Part shown: in pieces, positions 38,101 to 52,335 of the stretch
Numbering within the stretch: the first letter of the stretch is position 1
How the letters are laid out: the number at the start of each line of letters is the position of its first letter
Assembly (NCBI GenBank): GCA_964016885.1
Contig: OZ024756.1
Span: forward strand, 3,038,001 to 3,102,000
Reading direction: 5' to 3'
DNA length: 64,000 nucleotides
From: Eledone cirrhosa
Taxonomy: Eukaryota
The notes under the pieces: generated by a model
What the model saw: only the letters and a program-made list of their open reading frames with translations
Database searches by the model: none
What the model was told of the DNA's origin: nothing
Made by a program: the position numbers and the translations under genes

Positions 38101-39205
38101 TTTTAGTTATATATGATGGTATTTTTGGTGGTGTTTTGTTCTTGTTAATATCTCTGCTATCACCAAGATAATGCTTCACTGTCGTTGCTAAGGCATATAA
38201 ACAGGCGTTGATTTGCCAAAATGTTGGGGTTTTTATCCGTCGTAAATATTCATCCCCTATTTCTTCAATAACACGGAATATTTCATTATTTGGTTTTTTA
38301 TTAAACATTGTCGTTTTAATACGTTCAGCCAGAGAGATATTTATACATGAATTAATTTCTCTCTGGAAGATTTCGTTGAGAGAAAATTTCAATTGTTTAT
38401 ACTTTTGATTATTATCATTATCGATAGTATTTTCCCCAACAGTCGGGGTGAATGGTACACGTGGTGTCAACTTTCTTCGATTATTATTATTATTTCTTCG
38501 ATTATTATTATTATCGATAGTGTTTTCCCCAGAATTCGAGGTAGACATAGATGGTACAGGTGGTGTCAAGTTTCTTACAGGCATAGTTGTTTCAAGGCGC
38601 TGTTCGACCTGGTTGCTAGGAAGTCTGGTAGCATGGCGACCTGTAGCACGTGTTGTTGATAACATGTTTGTTGTGGGGGACTTACAATTAATAATATTTA
38701 TCTAATTTTTACGTTCAACAAACGTCGCTTGTTGGCGTAATTGTTTCGCTGTGAAATAATTTAGCTCTGGGATTATTTCATCCCAGTGTAGCTTTATTCT
38801 GTTCATATAGCCAATGGAGGGATTGTTTTTTGCCATTTTATAACAATTAAATAAATCATTATTAAGTTCGCATCTCGAAGAGAAATGCAATTTATAATTT
38901 CGGTTTCTTCTGTAGCTACAACTGAATAAAGTTTGTTTACCTTTTTTGTTGGTTGTCTTTGGTACTTCCTTAATTTTGTTGTTGATATTGTGTTCAGCCA
39001 TGCTGTTTGTAGCAAATCCTTGTAAAATAAATTATGTCGGATATCTCTACGAATTCGAATAAAAGGTGACTTCAGAAGGTATAGTTAGAAGAATAACCAG
39101 TTATTCAACATGACTGTAGTTGTGGCATTACTGTCGGAGATAGTATTCATCTTAAATTTAATAATCTCCCACGCCAAAATATGCGACTGATCGCGTTGAC
39201 TGTCT
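35111..39205 (-). mobile_element. Near full-length, frameshifted R4/Dong-type non-LTR retrotransposon (RT + CCHC + RLE)
   Basis: RT motifs NYRPIAC, WLDYRKAFDSVPH, GIFQGDSLS, VDDLKLY, YRYLG. CKLC...HIISSC / RHDVVAK at ~35820-35930. RPDIMIWD...VEVSCP endonuclease (35334-35714). ORF split into at least 6 pieces from ATG 39001. Confidence 0.92.
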
Positions 39206-39208
39206 ATG

Positions 39209-39242
<34 letters not shown>

Positions 39243-39283
39243 TGTATGTATGTATGTATGTATGTATGTATGTATGTATGTAT

Positions 39284-39835
39284 CCCAGTACAACCTGTCC
39301 CATGGTCGGGTCGTTGGCGACTAAACTGGCAACCCCACCAAGGTTTCTTGATGAGGAGGGTGATTTTGGACATCCTGCAGGACTAAAAACAAAATCTGTC
39401 AAAGGGAAAAGGAGCTCTTAAGAGTCAATGACCATCCAAAATCACCGGGAGAGATGACATCTTAGTCAAGGCAGAATTCTAGGAGATGGAAAACTCTGAT
39501 ATAACACCTGCAACCCTGATGGTATCCAATGATGTTGACTTGTTCTTCTTCTTGGTTAAGAGAGTGGGACTGGCTTTGTGCAGTGCCTTTGCTCACTATA
39601 AAAGCTTCACGACACAGGCATTGCTTTATATCTGGCGATCTCTCTGCACTTGTCGTCACATGGTACCAAGGGCCCAGGACTATGTGTCAATAATTGTGAC
39701 AAGTGTAGTGTTTGTACCAGAGTTTTCAAGTCGCTGGCTAGACTAAAAAGTCACACTTGTTCAGCGCATCGGTAGGGGTTCTCCTACATGGATATAAAGT
39801 AGTGGCCGTACTCGAAAACGAGTTGGCAGCCACCA
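39284..39835. mobile_element. Unclassified non-coding interspersed repeat, copy 3 (longer)
   Basis: Contains the 8427-8835 sequence plus ~160 bp; (TATG)n on both sides. Confidence 0.8.
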
Positions 39836-39889
39836 TGTATGTATGTATGTATGTATGTATGTATGTATGTATGTATGTATGTATGCATG

Positions 39890-40208
39890 CATGTTTCTCT
39901 TTCTCTTAATTTCGAGTACATATTTGACCGGCCATCTTCCTGGTGGCAAGGTTGTAAAAGAGAAGAAATTGTCATCCCTTGAATCGCAAGAATGTTTTGC
40001 AAATTTTGAAGGTGCCAGATATCGCAGCCATTTGTAGACTATGAATTAGGGAGCTGCACTCTTTGTCCGCAAATCCAAGTTCAGTTATACGTTGGTTCAA
40101 GCTGGTTGGTATATAACCTGTAGCTCCAATAATGATGGGTAAGAAGCTAAAGGTGTATCTTGGATTCCGGATCTGCAAACTCCTCATCAATGGTCCGTAG
40201 ATGTCCTC
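39890..40208 (-). mobile_element. 3' fragment of a second R4/Dong-type subfamily
   Basis: YTFSFLPIIIGATGYIP...LQMAAISGTFKICKTFL is homologous to the end of ORF 35334-35714. Tail runs into (CATA)n. Confidence 0.8.
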
Positions 40209-40689
40209 CGGCCGTTTCGACAGCTAGATCCGTTATTTATATATATGTGTGTGAATGTGTGTGTGTGTGTGTGTATATATAGATATATATATATACTTGT
40301 ATATATATATATATATATTAGAAAGATCGAGTATCGAAAAATCGGCGCACGTGTTCACGATAAACAATATTCGAAATGAGCGGCAGAGGGCTCAATAATT
40401 CAGATGAATCAGAGCTATAACTATCGTTAAAATACCGTCACACATAGAACAAGTCTAAAATCAACCATACGATAAAAAATCGATAATAGAAGATTCGGGA
40501 CAAACAGATAAAAAATACCCACACACACACGCGGGCGCACACACACACACATATATACTTGTATATATATATATATATATATATACTTGTGTATATATAT
40601 ATATATATATATATATAATGGTTAAGATTTAATCAAGGTACCTTGATTAAATCTTAACCTTTTAACATCTCAGGGTATGTCATGTATCA

Positions 40690-40750
40690 TTATATTTTGT
40701 CTGATGAGGACGTACTGTTGTACATCCGAAATATGTATAATAAAATGTAA
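40690..40750 (+). ncRNA. Family B hammerhead ribozyme in (TA)n-flanked insert ~40618-40892
   Basis: TTATATTTTGT-CTGATGA-GGACGTAC(TGTT)GTACATCC-GAAA-TATGTA-TA/ATAAAATGTAA; 11-bp stem I. Confidence 0.82.
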
Positions 40751-41044
40751 TTGATCAAAAGAACATCTATTTATTAATACTTATATTTTAATATTAATAA
40801 CTCCTCAAAATTATTTTTTTTCGTTGAGTGCTTCCAATCTACTGTAAAACTCATTCTTTGACATAATCATCGAATATTGTTTAACAACTTAATATATATA
40901 TATATATGTGTGTGTGTATATGTATATATTTGTATATATATAAGTACACACACACCCACACACACACGCGGGCGCACACACACACACACACACACACTCA
41001 TACACACACACACACACACACTCACACACACACACACACACACA

Positions 41045-41080
<36 letters not shown>

Positions 41081-41248
41081 TATGCACACGTCAGTATTTG
41101 ATTCTTATTCCCTACATTCACTACATGGCCGTTCACAACTAAGTGCATCTCTCTACTATAATAATATATCGTGTAGATTACAGCACTATATAGTGTATAT
41201 ATTACATATAAGACGCACAGTTTCTCTTCACTGACTGTTTCTTCAACG

Positions 41249-42031
41249 TATGAAGGTCGGCTTAATAATTCATTGGCTCACTATGAAGGAGTGATGCTAG
41301 GGCTGTGAAATCTTGTGTAGATTAACTTCAACTATTTCTATTAATAACTGCATTGTTTCTTTCCGGGAGACTAAGTTGAAAATAAACCTCATTTGGTCAT
41401 TCCATGAGAGTATCTTGGTCAGCCTACGAAGGATTGATGTTAGAGCTGTGAAATCTTACATGCATTAATTTCAACTCTTTTTATTAATAACTGTATTGTT
41501 TCTTTCCGGGGACTATGTTCTACAAATAAACCTCATTTGGTCATTCCATGAGAATATCTTGGTCATAGGCTGACTGTGAGGGAGAGTGATGTTAGAGCTG
41601 TGAAATCTTACATGCATTAATTTCAATTCTTCTTATTAATTATTGTTTCTTTCCGGGGACTATGTTGACAAATAAACCTCATTTGTTCATTCCATGAGAG
41701 TATCTTGGTCATAGGCTGACTGTGAGGGAGAGTGATGTTAGAGCTGTGAAATCTTACATGCATTAATTTCAATTCTTCTTATTAATTATTGTTTCTTTCC
41801 GGGGACTATGTTGACAGATAAACCTCATTTGTTCATTCCATGAGAGTATCTTGGTTATAGGCTGACTGTGAGGGAGAGTGATGTTAGAGCTGTGAAATCA
41901 TGTATGGGTTAATTTCAATTCTTCTTATTAATTATTGTTTCTTTCTAGGGACTATGTTGAAAAATAACCCCATTTGGTCATTCCATGAGAGTATCTTGGT
42001 CATCTTATGAGCCTCTCAGCTAAACGTTGTA
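41249..42031. mobile_element. Mariner-type MITE with internal ~146-bp tandem amplification (5 units)
   Basis: Degenerate TIRs as in 1221-1518. Unit starts at 41293, 41436, 41588, 41734, 41880. Confidence 0.7.
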
Positions 42032-42077
42032 ACTTTTTCTTTCATTTGTGTGCGTTGTACTCGGTGGTGTGAGTGAT

Positions 42078-42123
<46 letters not shown>

Positions 42124-42242
42124 AGCGTGAGTGTGTATGAGTGTGTGTGAATGTGTGAGAGTTAGTGCGTGTGAGTGTGATTGTGTGAGCGTCTGTGTCT
42201 GTATGCATGTGTGTTTGAATGCGTGTTTGTGTGTGTGTGTAT

Positions 42243-42275
<33 letters not shown>

Positions 42276-42641
42276 TGTACGTGTGTGTGTGTGTGAGAGT
42301 TAGTTTGTGAGTGTGAGAGTTAGTGTGAGTGCGAGTGTGTGTGTGAATATAGATGCGTGTGTGAGTGTGTGTGTGCGTGTTTGTGTGTGTGTGTGTGTGT
42401 GCGTGTTTGTGTGTGTGCATGTGAGTGTGTGTATGTGTGTAACTTTGTGTGTGTGAGTGAGTATGTGAGTGTGAGTGTGTGAGAGTCTGTATGTGTGTGT
42501 GTACCTGTCTGTGTGCGTGTTCGTGTGAATGTGTGTGTGAGTGTGTGTGTGTGTGTAACTATGTGTGTATCTATACATGTGAACGTGGAATGTATTTGTA
42601 CGATGAAGAGGGGGGGGGTTAATAAAAGCAGGCAGTGTCCG

Positions 42642-43991
42642 TGGCAGGGGACCGTGGCTAGGGGCAGCAGGGGTGGTGTGACCGAGGGTGAGTCTAATAT
42701 ATTGCCACACCCCACGTCTTTACAGCCCCTAACATACTGGCAGAGGACCGTGGCTAGGGGCAGCAGGGGTGGTGTGACCGAGGGTGAGTCTAATATATTG
42801 CCACACCCCACGTCTTTACAGCCCCTAACATACTGGCAGAGGGCCGTGGCTAGGGGTAGCAGGGGTGGTGTGACCAAGGGTGAAACTAATCCATTGCCCC
42901 ACCCCACGTCTTTATACCCCCTAACATACTGGCAGAGGACCGTGGCTAGGGGCAGCAGGGGTGGTGTGACCGAGGGTGAAACTAATCCATTGCCCCACCC
43001 CACGTCTTTATACCCCCTAACATACTGGCAGAGGACCGTGGCTAGGGGCAGCAGGGGTGGTGTGACCAAGGGTGAAACTAATCCATTGCCCCACCCCACG
43101 TCTTTATACCCCCTAACATACTGGCAGAGGACCGTGGCTAGGGGCAGCAGGGGTGGTGTGACCGAGGGTGAGTCTAATATATTGCCCCAGCCCACGTCTT
43201 TATACCCCCTAACATACTGGCAGAGGACCGTGGCTAGGGGCAGCAGGGGTGGTGTGACCGAGGGTGAGTCTAATATATTGCCCCACCCCACGTCTTTATA
43301 CCCCCTAACATACTGGCAGAGGACCGTGGCTAGGGGCAGCAGGGGTGGTGTGACCGAGGGTGAGTCTAATATATTGCCCCAGCCCACGTCTTTATACCCC
43401 CTAACATACTGGCAGAGGACCGTGGCTAGGGGCAGCAGGGGTGGTGTGACCGAGGGTGAGTCTAATATATTGCCCCACCCCACGTCTTTATACCCCCTAA
43501 CATACTGGCAGAGGACCGTGGCTAGGGGCAGCAGGGGTGGTGTGACCAAGGGTGAAACTAATCCATTGCCCCACCCCACGTCTTTATACCCCCTAACATA
43601 CTGGCAGAGGACCGTGGCTAGGGGCAGCAGGGGTGGTGTGACCGAGGGTGAGTCTAATATATTGCCCCAGCCCACGTCTTTATACCCCCTAACATACTGG
43701 CAGAGGACCGTGGCTAGGGGCAGCAGGGGTGGTGTGACCGAGGGTGAGTCTAATATATTGCCCCAGCCCACGTCTTTATACTCCCTAACATACTGGCAGA
43801 GGACCGTGGCTAGGGGCAGCAGGGGTGGTGTGACCGAGGGTCAGACTAATCCATTGCCCCAGCCCACGTCTTTACACCCCCTAACATACTGGCAGAGGGC
43901 CGTGGCTAGGGGCAGCAGGGGTGGTGTGACCAAGGGTGAAACTAATCCATTGCCCCACCCCACGTCTTTATACCCCCTAACATACTGGCAG
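42642..43991. repeat. 96-bp GC-rich minisatellite, about 14 copies
   Basis: 32-aa periodicity in both overlapping ORFs; near-identical text every 480 bp. Confidence 0.95.
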
Positions 43992-44777
43992 AAGAACACC
44001 AATAGAGCAATCAGGGAACGTACTAAGGGCAGTGTCGGGTACGAGGGCGTAATTCGAAACCCTACCCTACAGGTGGGGGGGGGGTAACATAACATGTAGA
44101 CCCCAGATGTTAGATTAAACCCCTAACACACACACACACACACACATAAACGCATACACTGACACACACATACCTACACACACAGACATATAAACACTGA
44201 CACACACATTCGCACACACACAGTGACACACAGACACATAAACACACGCACACACACACACATACACATACATATACACATACATACACACATACATACA
44301 CATACATAGACTCACTAACACGCACACACATACATACTCACACTAACACACACATACATACACTGACACATACACACAATACAAACAGGCACACACACTG
44401 ACACATATACACACACACACGCACGCACATACACACATACACACACATACACATGCATACACACATACACATACATACACACACTAACAGACACACACAT
44501 GTACACACATACACATACACACACATACACACACATACACACACATACACACACATGCACATACACACACATACACACAGATACACACACTGACACACAC
44601 ACACACACACCCACACACATACACACACATACACACACATTCACACACACATACACACCCATACACACACTCACACCCACATACACACACCTACACACGC
44701 TCACACACACATGTCGACGAAGCTTGTTTAAAAAAACTGACACTACGTGTCTTTAATTTACTTCGTTTGTTATTCTA

Positions 44778-45457
44778 GTTGTTGTTGTTGTCATTGTTGT
44801 TGTTGTTGTTGTTGTTACTGTTGTTGTTCTTACTGTTGTTACTGTTGTTGTTGTTGTTACTGTTGTTACTGTTGTTGTTGTTACTGTTGTTGTTGTTAAT
44901 GTTGTTACTGTTGTTGTTGTTACTGTTGTTGTTGTTATTACTGTTGTTGTTGTTGTTGTTGTTGTTGTTACTGTTGTTGTTGTTATTACTGTTGTTGTTG
45001 TTGTTGTTACTGTTGTTGTTGTTGTTGTTACTGTTGTTGTTACTGTTGTTGTTGTTATTACTGTTGTTGTTGTTGTTACTGTTGTTGTTACTGTTGTTGT
45101 TGTTGTTACTGTTGTTGTTGTTATTACTGTTGTTGTTGTTACTGTTGTTGTTACTGTTGTTGTTGTTATTACTGTTGTTGTTGTTGTTACTGTTGTTGTT
45201 ACTGTTGTTGTTATTGCTGTTGTTATTACTGCTGTTGTTGTTGTTATTGTTGTTGTTGCTGTTGGTGTTGTTAGTGCTGTTGTTGTTGATATTGTTGTTA
45301 TGGTTGTTGTTGTTGTTTAGTTTTGTTGTTCATGTTGAAGCTGTTGGTATTTTTGAAGTTGTTACTGTTGTAAATATTATCACTAGTGTTGTTGTTGTTT
45401 TTATTGTTGTTGTCATTGTTGTTGTTATTATTGTTGTTGTCATTGTTGTTGTTATTT
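44778..45457. repeat. (GTT)n-type microsatellite
   Basis: GTT/ACT trinucleotide repeats. Confidence 0.95.
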
Positions 45458-45543
45458 GGGTAGCTCCTGTACTTTTTCGGGAGGAAAAATATGGAGGGGG
45501 TGGTGGAATTGGTGGATGTGATTGGTGGGGGTTATGTTAGAAA

Positions 45544-46520
45544 GTGGTGGATTGGCAGTATCGGTAGAGAGTCGGACGCCAGGCTTTGCAGCATAGAGTT
45601 ACGGCCCTTGCCATTCTGAGTTCAAATCCCGCCGAGGTTAACTTTGCCTTTCATCCTTACGGGGTCAATAATGTAAAGTACCAGTAATGTACTTGGTAAT
45701 TGCTGGCCTTGTGCCAAAAATAGAAACAAGTATTTCCGTGTATCGCTAGCAGAGTTGTTAGAATGTCGGATAGAATGCTTGGGATTACTCGTTCCGACTC
45801 TCTGGTCTCTGAGTTCAAATTGTGCCGAGGTCAGTCTCTGAGTTTAAACCCTATCCAGGTCAACTTTTCAGACTCTAATTGTAAATTATTGTCTCGAAAT
45901 CTACACTTGTTTGTTTCATGGCCATGATTTCTGATGACTTTGTCTTTGCCAAAATATGGGAGTACAGCGTTTATTGGGCATTTTCAAACCTAGCGGAGCC
46001 CGATCCTGTCCAGGTCTGAGTACAACAGATTTCTTCCACATAAGGATAGAAATTGAGAGAAGAATGGAAATGAGAAAGAGATATAGAGGAAGAATCGACC
46101 CAGTACATGTCTGGTAATTTTCTTGGATGAAAAGCAAAGTAAACCTTGACAGGATTTGAAAGCAAAGAGCTGAAAAGAGGAAGAATCATGCCCAATACTT
46201 GACTAGTACTATGTTTATTGTCCTCGAATGGATGAAAGGTAAAGTTGACCTCGACAGGATTTGAGAACAGAGAGTTCGAAAGAGGAAAAATCGACCCCGA
46301 TGGGTTTTTTTTTTTAACCTCGAACTTATGAAAGGCAAAGTTGACCTCAACAGGATTTGAGAATAGAGAGTTCGAAAGAGGAAAAATCGAACCCGATGGG
46401 GTTTTTTTTTTAACCTCGAACTTATGAAAGGCAAAGTTGACCTCGGCTGGATTTAGACCTAGAGAGCAAAGAACCGAACCGGAATGAATATTACATACCA
46501 TTCTAACCGACAGTTCTAAC
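45544..46520. mobile_element. SINE cluster (+ copies 45544-45870; - copies ~46060-46520)
   Basis: Same tRNA-SINE core on both strands. Confidence 0.75.
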
Positions 46521-46906
46521 GTCTCTTCCAATTCAGATTCTGTCGCTTACACGAACTATAGAACTGATCACGTTACAAAACAAATGCACACGAGCACATT
46601 GACATTATCAATGTATTAATAACAGTTTGTAGAGTTGTGTTTCCTCACAGTCGATACTCCGAGTTTTATAAGTAACCTGACAGACATCTTGACTGAAAAG
46701 TGAATTAAAAAAACTCCAGAATATGGGACAAATAGGTTAGGAAGAGTGAATTAGAACAAAGTGGGTGGTCATTAAATAAAATAATAATGATAATAATAAA
46801 TATAATAAGTAACAGTGGTAAAATTAAAAAGTGATATTAATATAAATAAAGATTAATTGAATGTAATAACAAATGTTCATGCACAAATATGTATGTCTGT
46901 GTATAA

Positions 46907-46948
<42 letters not shown>

Positions 46949-47027
46949 ATACATATGTGTATGTATATATATATATATAAATATATATGTATATATAAAT
47001 ATATACAAATATAACTATATACATATA

Positions 47028-47062
<35 letters not shown>

Positions 47063-47186
47063 ATTTATACAAATATAACTATGTATATATATGTGTATAT
47101 ATATATACGCATATATAATGTGTGTGTGTGTATAAGTATATATTTATTTATACACACAAAGATGTGAATGGTTGAAACCAGGAATA

Positions 47187-47227
<41 letters not shown>

Positions 47228-47291
47228 CATTTACACATATATATGTATATACATATATATATATATATATTTACATATACACATATATATG

Positions 47292-47350
<59 letters not shown>

Positions 47351-47386
47351 GCATGTATATATATATATATATATATGTGTATATGC

Positions 47387-47441
<55 letters not shown>

Positions 47442-47461
47442 CATATATATGTATATACATG

Positions 47462-47523
<62 letters not shown>

Positions 47524-47584
47524 TATGTATATGCATGTATTATATATATATATATATATATACACATATATATGTATATGCATG

Positions 47585-47623
<39 letters not shown>

Positions 47624-47634
47624 TATGTATATGC

Positions 47635-47689
<55 letters not shown>

Positions 47690-47701
47690 CACATATATAT
47701 G

Positions 47702-47737
<36 letters not shown>

Positions 47738-47780
47738 CACATATATATGTATATACATATATATATATACATGTATATAA

Positions 47781-47816
<36 letters not shown>

Positions 47817-48038
47817 CCGTTTGTTCTTCAATCGTTGCCTGAAACCTGTTTCCATTGCTATTAGTACTTCCTACAATGACAGCCCATTCTATTCCCATAC
47901 ACAGCAGCTATATCTACCTCATTAAAGAGACCCGGGGCTCACAAATGGTACAACCACAGTGCGTTGTATATACAAGCGGAATAGTTCCGTCTTCTTGGGG
48001 CTGTCAATATACCTCAAGACTGCTTTATTATAGTATAT

Positions 48039-48178
48039 ACTAGCAGAATGGCCCGGCGTTGCTCGGGATTTGCTATAAGGTTCTTATATATTTGATATAT
48101 ATTTTACCTTATCGAGTCTCGTGACATAAATACGTTTGTTTATATTTTGTTATTGCGTACGCAAAAATATCTGTACAC

Positions 48179-48254
<76 letters not shown>

Positions 48255-48710
48255 TAACAGATTAAAGTTTAAGCAAATAATCGCTGCTTTCACCCTTAAC
48301 CGGATCTTCTGAAACTAAAAGAAATCAATCTGTGAACGCAGAAGTAAATATTTCGAAAAACGTTACACACTATATCTATATATATACACACACAAACTAC
48401 CCCCCCCCCCCCACACACACACACGCTCACAGCTACGTCCTAATGACGTAATACAGACAGCCAGACATACAGACACATGTTATAAGGGCGCAACGTTATA
48501 TCTATGTATCTATCTAAAAAGTAAGACTAAGAATTATAGAGTGAGATCGCTAAATCGCCTAATGCGGTCCCTAGGGCATTGAAAATGTGCCCAAAACACT
48601 CACAGGACCATAAGTGTTACATGTGTAAAGTTTGAAAACAATCGGTTGGGTGGTTCTCGAGTTTTAGGGAGTCAGACAGACAGACATTCTCTGTTTTAGA
48701 TATATAGATA
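48039..48710 (+). mobile_element. Non-autonomous Helitron/Helentron-like element (HINE/Lep1/DINE-1-like), with nested inserts
   Basis: Starts ACTAGC...CCCGGCGTTGCTCGGG (hairpin). Ends AAAGTTTG..AATCGGTTG..GGTTCTCGAGTT..(CAGA)n..TTTTAGATATATAGAT. Confidence 0.6.
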
Positions 48711-49014
48711 TAGTTGTATATATGTATAGATACATACATATATACATACATAAATACATACATACACACACACACATACATAAATATATACATAGATACA
48801 CAGATGCATGCATACATACATACACACATCATACATACATTATTCCACGCATCATACATATACACATACATACTCTCATATATACATATACTCATACATG
48901 CATACATACAAACATATGTACGTACATACATACGTGCGTTCATACATATTTACATACGTGCATACATACATATAGTCATAGATGCATGCATACAAACATA
49001 CGTACATACATACA

Positions 49015-49568
49015 AGATGGCTGCAACTCGATTTCGAGAAATGCCATCGCTTGATACTTAAGTATGAGCATCACGGACATGGCTTTTTAGTCCTGCTAAG
49101 GACTTGTCTATGGCCAGCAATACCAGGCATCCCAGAAAATGTCACATATCAAGGGATGACTCTGCTTGAAGCTTTTTAAGTGAGGAAAGCCTTTACTCGG
49201 GGCCAATCCCACTCTCTGAGCATCGAATACATTTACCCAAAAAGAAGAACAGGCCTTCATCATTGGATACAAATGAAGTCGCAGGTTTTATATCAGAGTG
49301 ACCTTCTCTTAGGGAGATGTCTTAATGAAGACTAGGAGTCGCTCGCTTTACCAAAAGAAGAATATTTTATTAGATGGCTGTTGACTCCCCTGAGTTCCTC
49401 CGCCCTTTGACGGGCCTTTTTGCTTTTCATCCCACAGGGTGTCCAAATTCACCTTCCTTACCAAGCAAACTTGGTGGGGTTGGCAGTTTAGTCACCGACG
49501 ACTCGACCAGGCCCAGGTTGTACTGGGTTACATGTTACCAGTAGCGCTGAAGAACGGCCTGGCATAAC
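49015..49568. mobile_element. Diverged homolog of the 39284-39835 repeat, opposite orientation
   Basis: Shared blocks CCAAAAAGAAGAACA, CATCATTGGATAC, TATATCAGAGT, TTGGTGGGGTTG.CAGTTTAGTC, CAGGTTGTACTGGG; (CATA)n flanks. Confidence 0.7.
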
Positions 49569-49632
49569 ACATACACTCATACGTACATACATACATATAA
49601 TATATACATACATACATACATACATACATACA

Positions 49633-49664
<32 letters not shown>

Positions 49665-49680
49665 ATATATACATACATAC

Positions 49681-49988
49681 ACAACTAGTTAGGAAATTAC
49701 AAGCACAATCCATTAAAGGAACAGTAAAAATATGAAAAACATTCCAAATATTTTGCATCTAATAACTGCATATACACATGTACAGATACAAATCATATAC
49801 ACATGCACACATACAACTCAAAACATCCACATCCACACATACAATAACATCCATATCTACACATGCATACATACATATCTACCTAGTTGATGTTGTGTAA
49901 ATTCCAATGAGAGAGTCTTGTGTCTATGTTAGAAACCGACTCTCTCTCTCTATTGGGAAAACTTTATGAAATTATGAAAGCAGAACAA
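49681..49988 (+). mobile_element. 5'-truncated 3' end of the R4/Dong element family
   Basis: Similar to the reverse complement of ~35111-35417 (TQLVRKLQ..SI.GTVKI..TFQ.FCI* plus 3' UTR); (TACA)n-type repeats on both sides. Confidence 0.85.
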
Positions 49989-50707
49989 TATACATACATA
50001 TAACACATAAATACATATACACTTATAATACATACATACATATAATATATAAATACATATACACATATAATAAACACATACATATAATACATACATACAT
50101 ATAATACATAAATACATATACACTTATAATACATACATATAATACATAAATGCATGTACACATATAATACATACATACATATAATACATAAATACATATA
50201 CACTTATAATACATACATATAATACATAAATGCATGTACACATATAATACATACATACATAAAATACATAAATACATATACACTTATAATACATACATAT
50301 AATACATAAATGCATGTACACATATAATACATACATACATATAATACATAAATACATATACACTTATAATACATACATACATATAATACATAAATACATG
50401 TACACATATAATACATACATACATATAATACATAATACATATACACATATAATACATACATACATAAATACATGTACACATATAATACATACATATAATA
50501 CATATACACATATAATACATACATATAATACATATACACATATAATACATACATACATAAATACATATACACATATAATACATACATATAATACATACAT
50601 GTTAATTATATCGTTAAAACTTGAACTCTTTAATTTCGAAAGATATCGGTTTTGATTTTTCAGTCTGGGTTTTCGTTAGACCAAAACCAGCGAGATATAC
50701 ACGTGCT

Positions 50708-50835
<128 letters not shown>

Positions 50836-51112
50836 CATATATATATATATATGTATATATATAACGAAGGAAATAGCCGTCGAACGGCTTGAGCTCTGCC
50901 GTCGAGGAAAACATTTTCATATATATATATATATGAAAATGTTTGCCCCGATGGCAGAGCTCAAGCCTTCGTTATATATATATATTCCTAACGATCGACT
51001 TTCGTCAAATCGGACCGAGGAAATAGCGTTTCCATTGGTCTTTCCAATTGCTAATACTATCTATCGGTCGCAACTCCAGGTAGAAGGAGCAACGTGAAAT
51101 AAAGTGTTGCTC

Positions 51113-51206
<94 letters not shown>

Positions 51207-51427
51207 ACAGATTAAAGTTTAAGCAAAGAATCGCTGCTTTCACCCTTAACGGGATCTTCTGAAACTAATAAAGTCAATCTACAGTTCTTATATATTTGAT
51301 ATATATTTATCCTTATCGAGCCCTCTTTGGATTTTAGTCTTCAAATTTATTATTATTACTATGTATATATATATATACATGTGTATATACGTATATATAT
51401 ATATATATATATATACATGTGTATATA

Positions 51428-51468
<41 letters not shown>

Positions 51469-51659
51469 AAAATGTTTAACCCACTCTACTACCTAAGTAT
51501 TGAGTACTCTGGTGCGTTATGGTCCATCTGGTTCCTTACCACACCTCCTTCGTTATATATATATATATTACACATGCACTTATATTATACATATACACAT
51601 ATATTACACACATATTACATACATACACCTATATTATACTCATATACTCACATATATCA

Positions 51660-51759
<100 letters not shown>

Positions 51760-52109
51760 CATACATACATACATATATATACATACAAATATATTTAGGT
51801 ACATATATAAACACATGACTGTATAGCCCCTCTTCCAGACGTTTCAAATTCCAACTAAATATCAGGCTCTACTTATTCAATACAAATTCCAAATTGTTTT
51901 CCTAAAAAAAATAAACGAAAAAAGATAGAAATTTAAAACAACAAAAGGAAAACATTGGAGAAGGGAGAGAAGAAAAAATGGCCGAATGCTATTAAGGAAA
52001 GGGTTCCATCTTAAATGTTGGGATGTTGAGGACATTCCTATTAAGATAAGATGCCACCCCAACATACAAATAAGGAAACATACACACACACATATATATA
52101 TATATATGG

Positions 52110-52150
<41 letters not shown>

Positions 52151-52217
52151 TGTGTGTATATATATAAACATATATATAAATATATATACATGATCTACCT
52201 ACACACACGTACACACA

Positions 52218-52335
<118 letters not shown>

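Noticed and set aside
39000-39205. HDV-like ribozyme expected in the 5' UTR of the R4 element
   Set aside because: I could not build a convincing nested double pseudoknot by eye; it needs an RNArobo/Infernal search.
42320-44087. 483- and 530-aa ORFs with 32-aa repeats
   Set aside because: Both strands are open because the 96-bp unit lacks stops, and the ORFs run into (CA)n.
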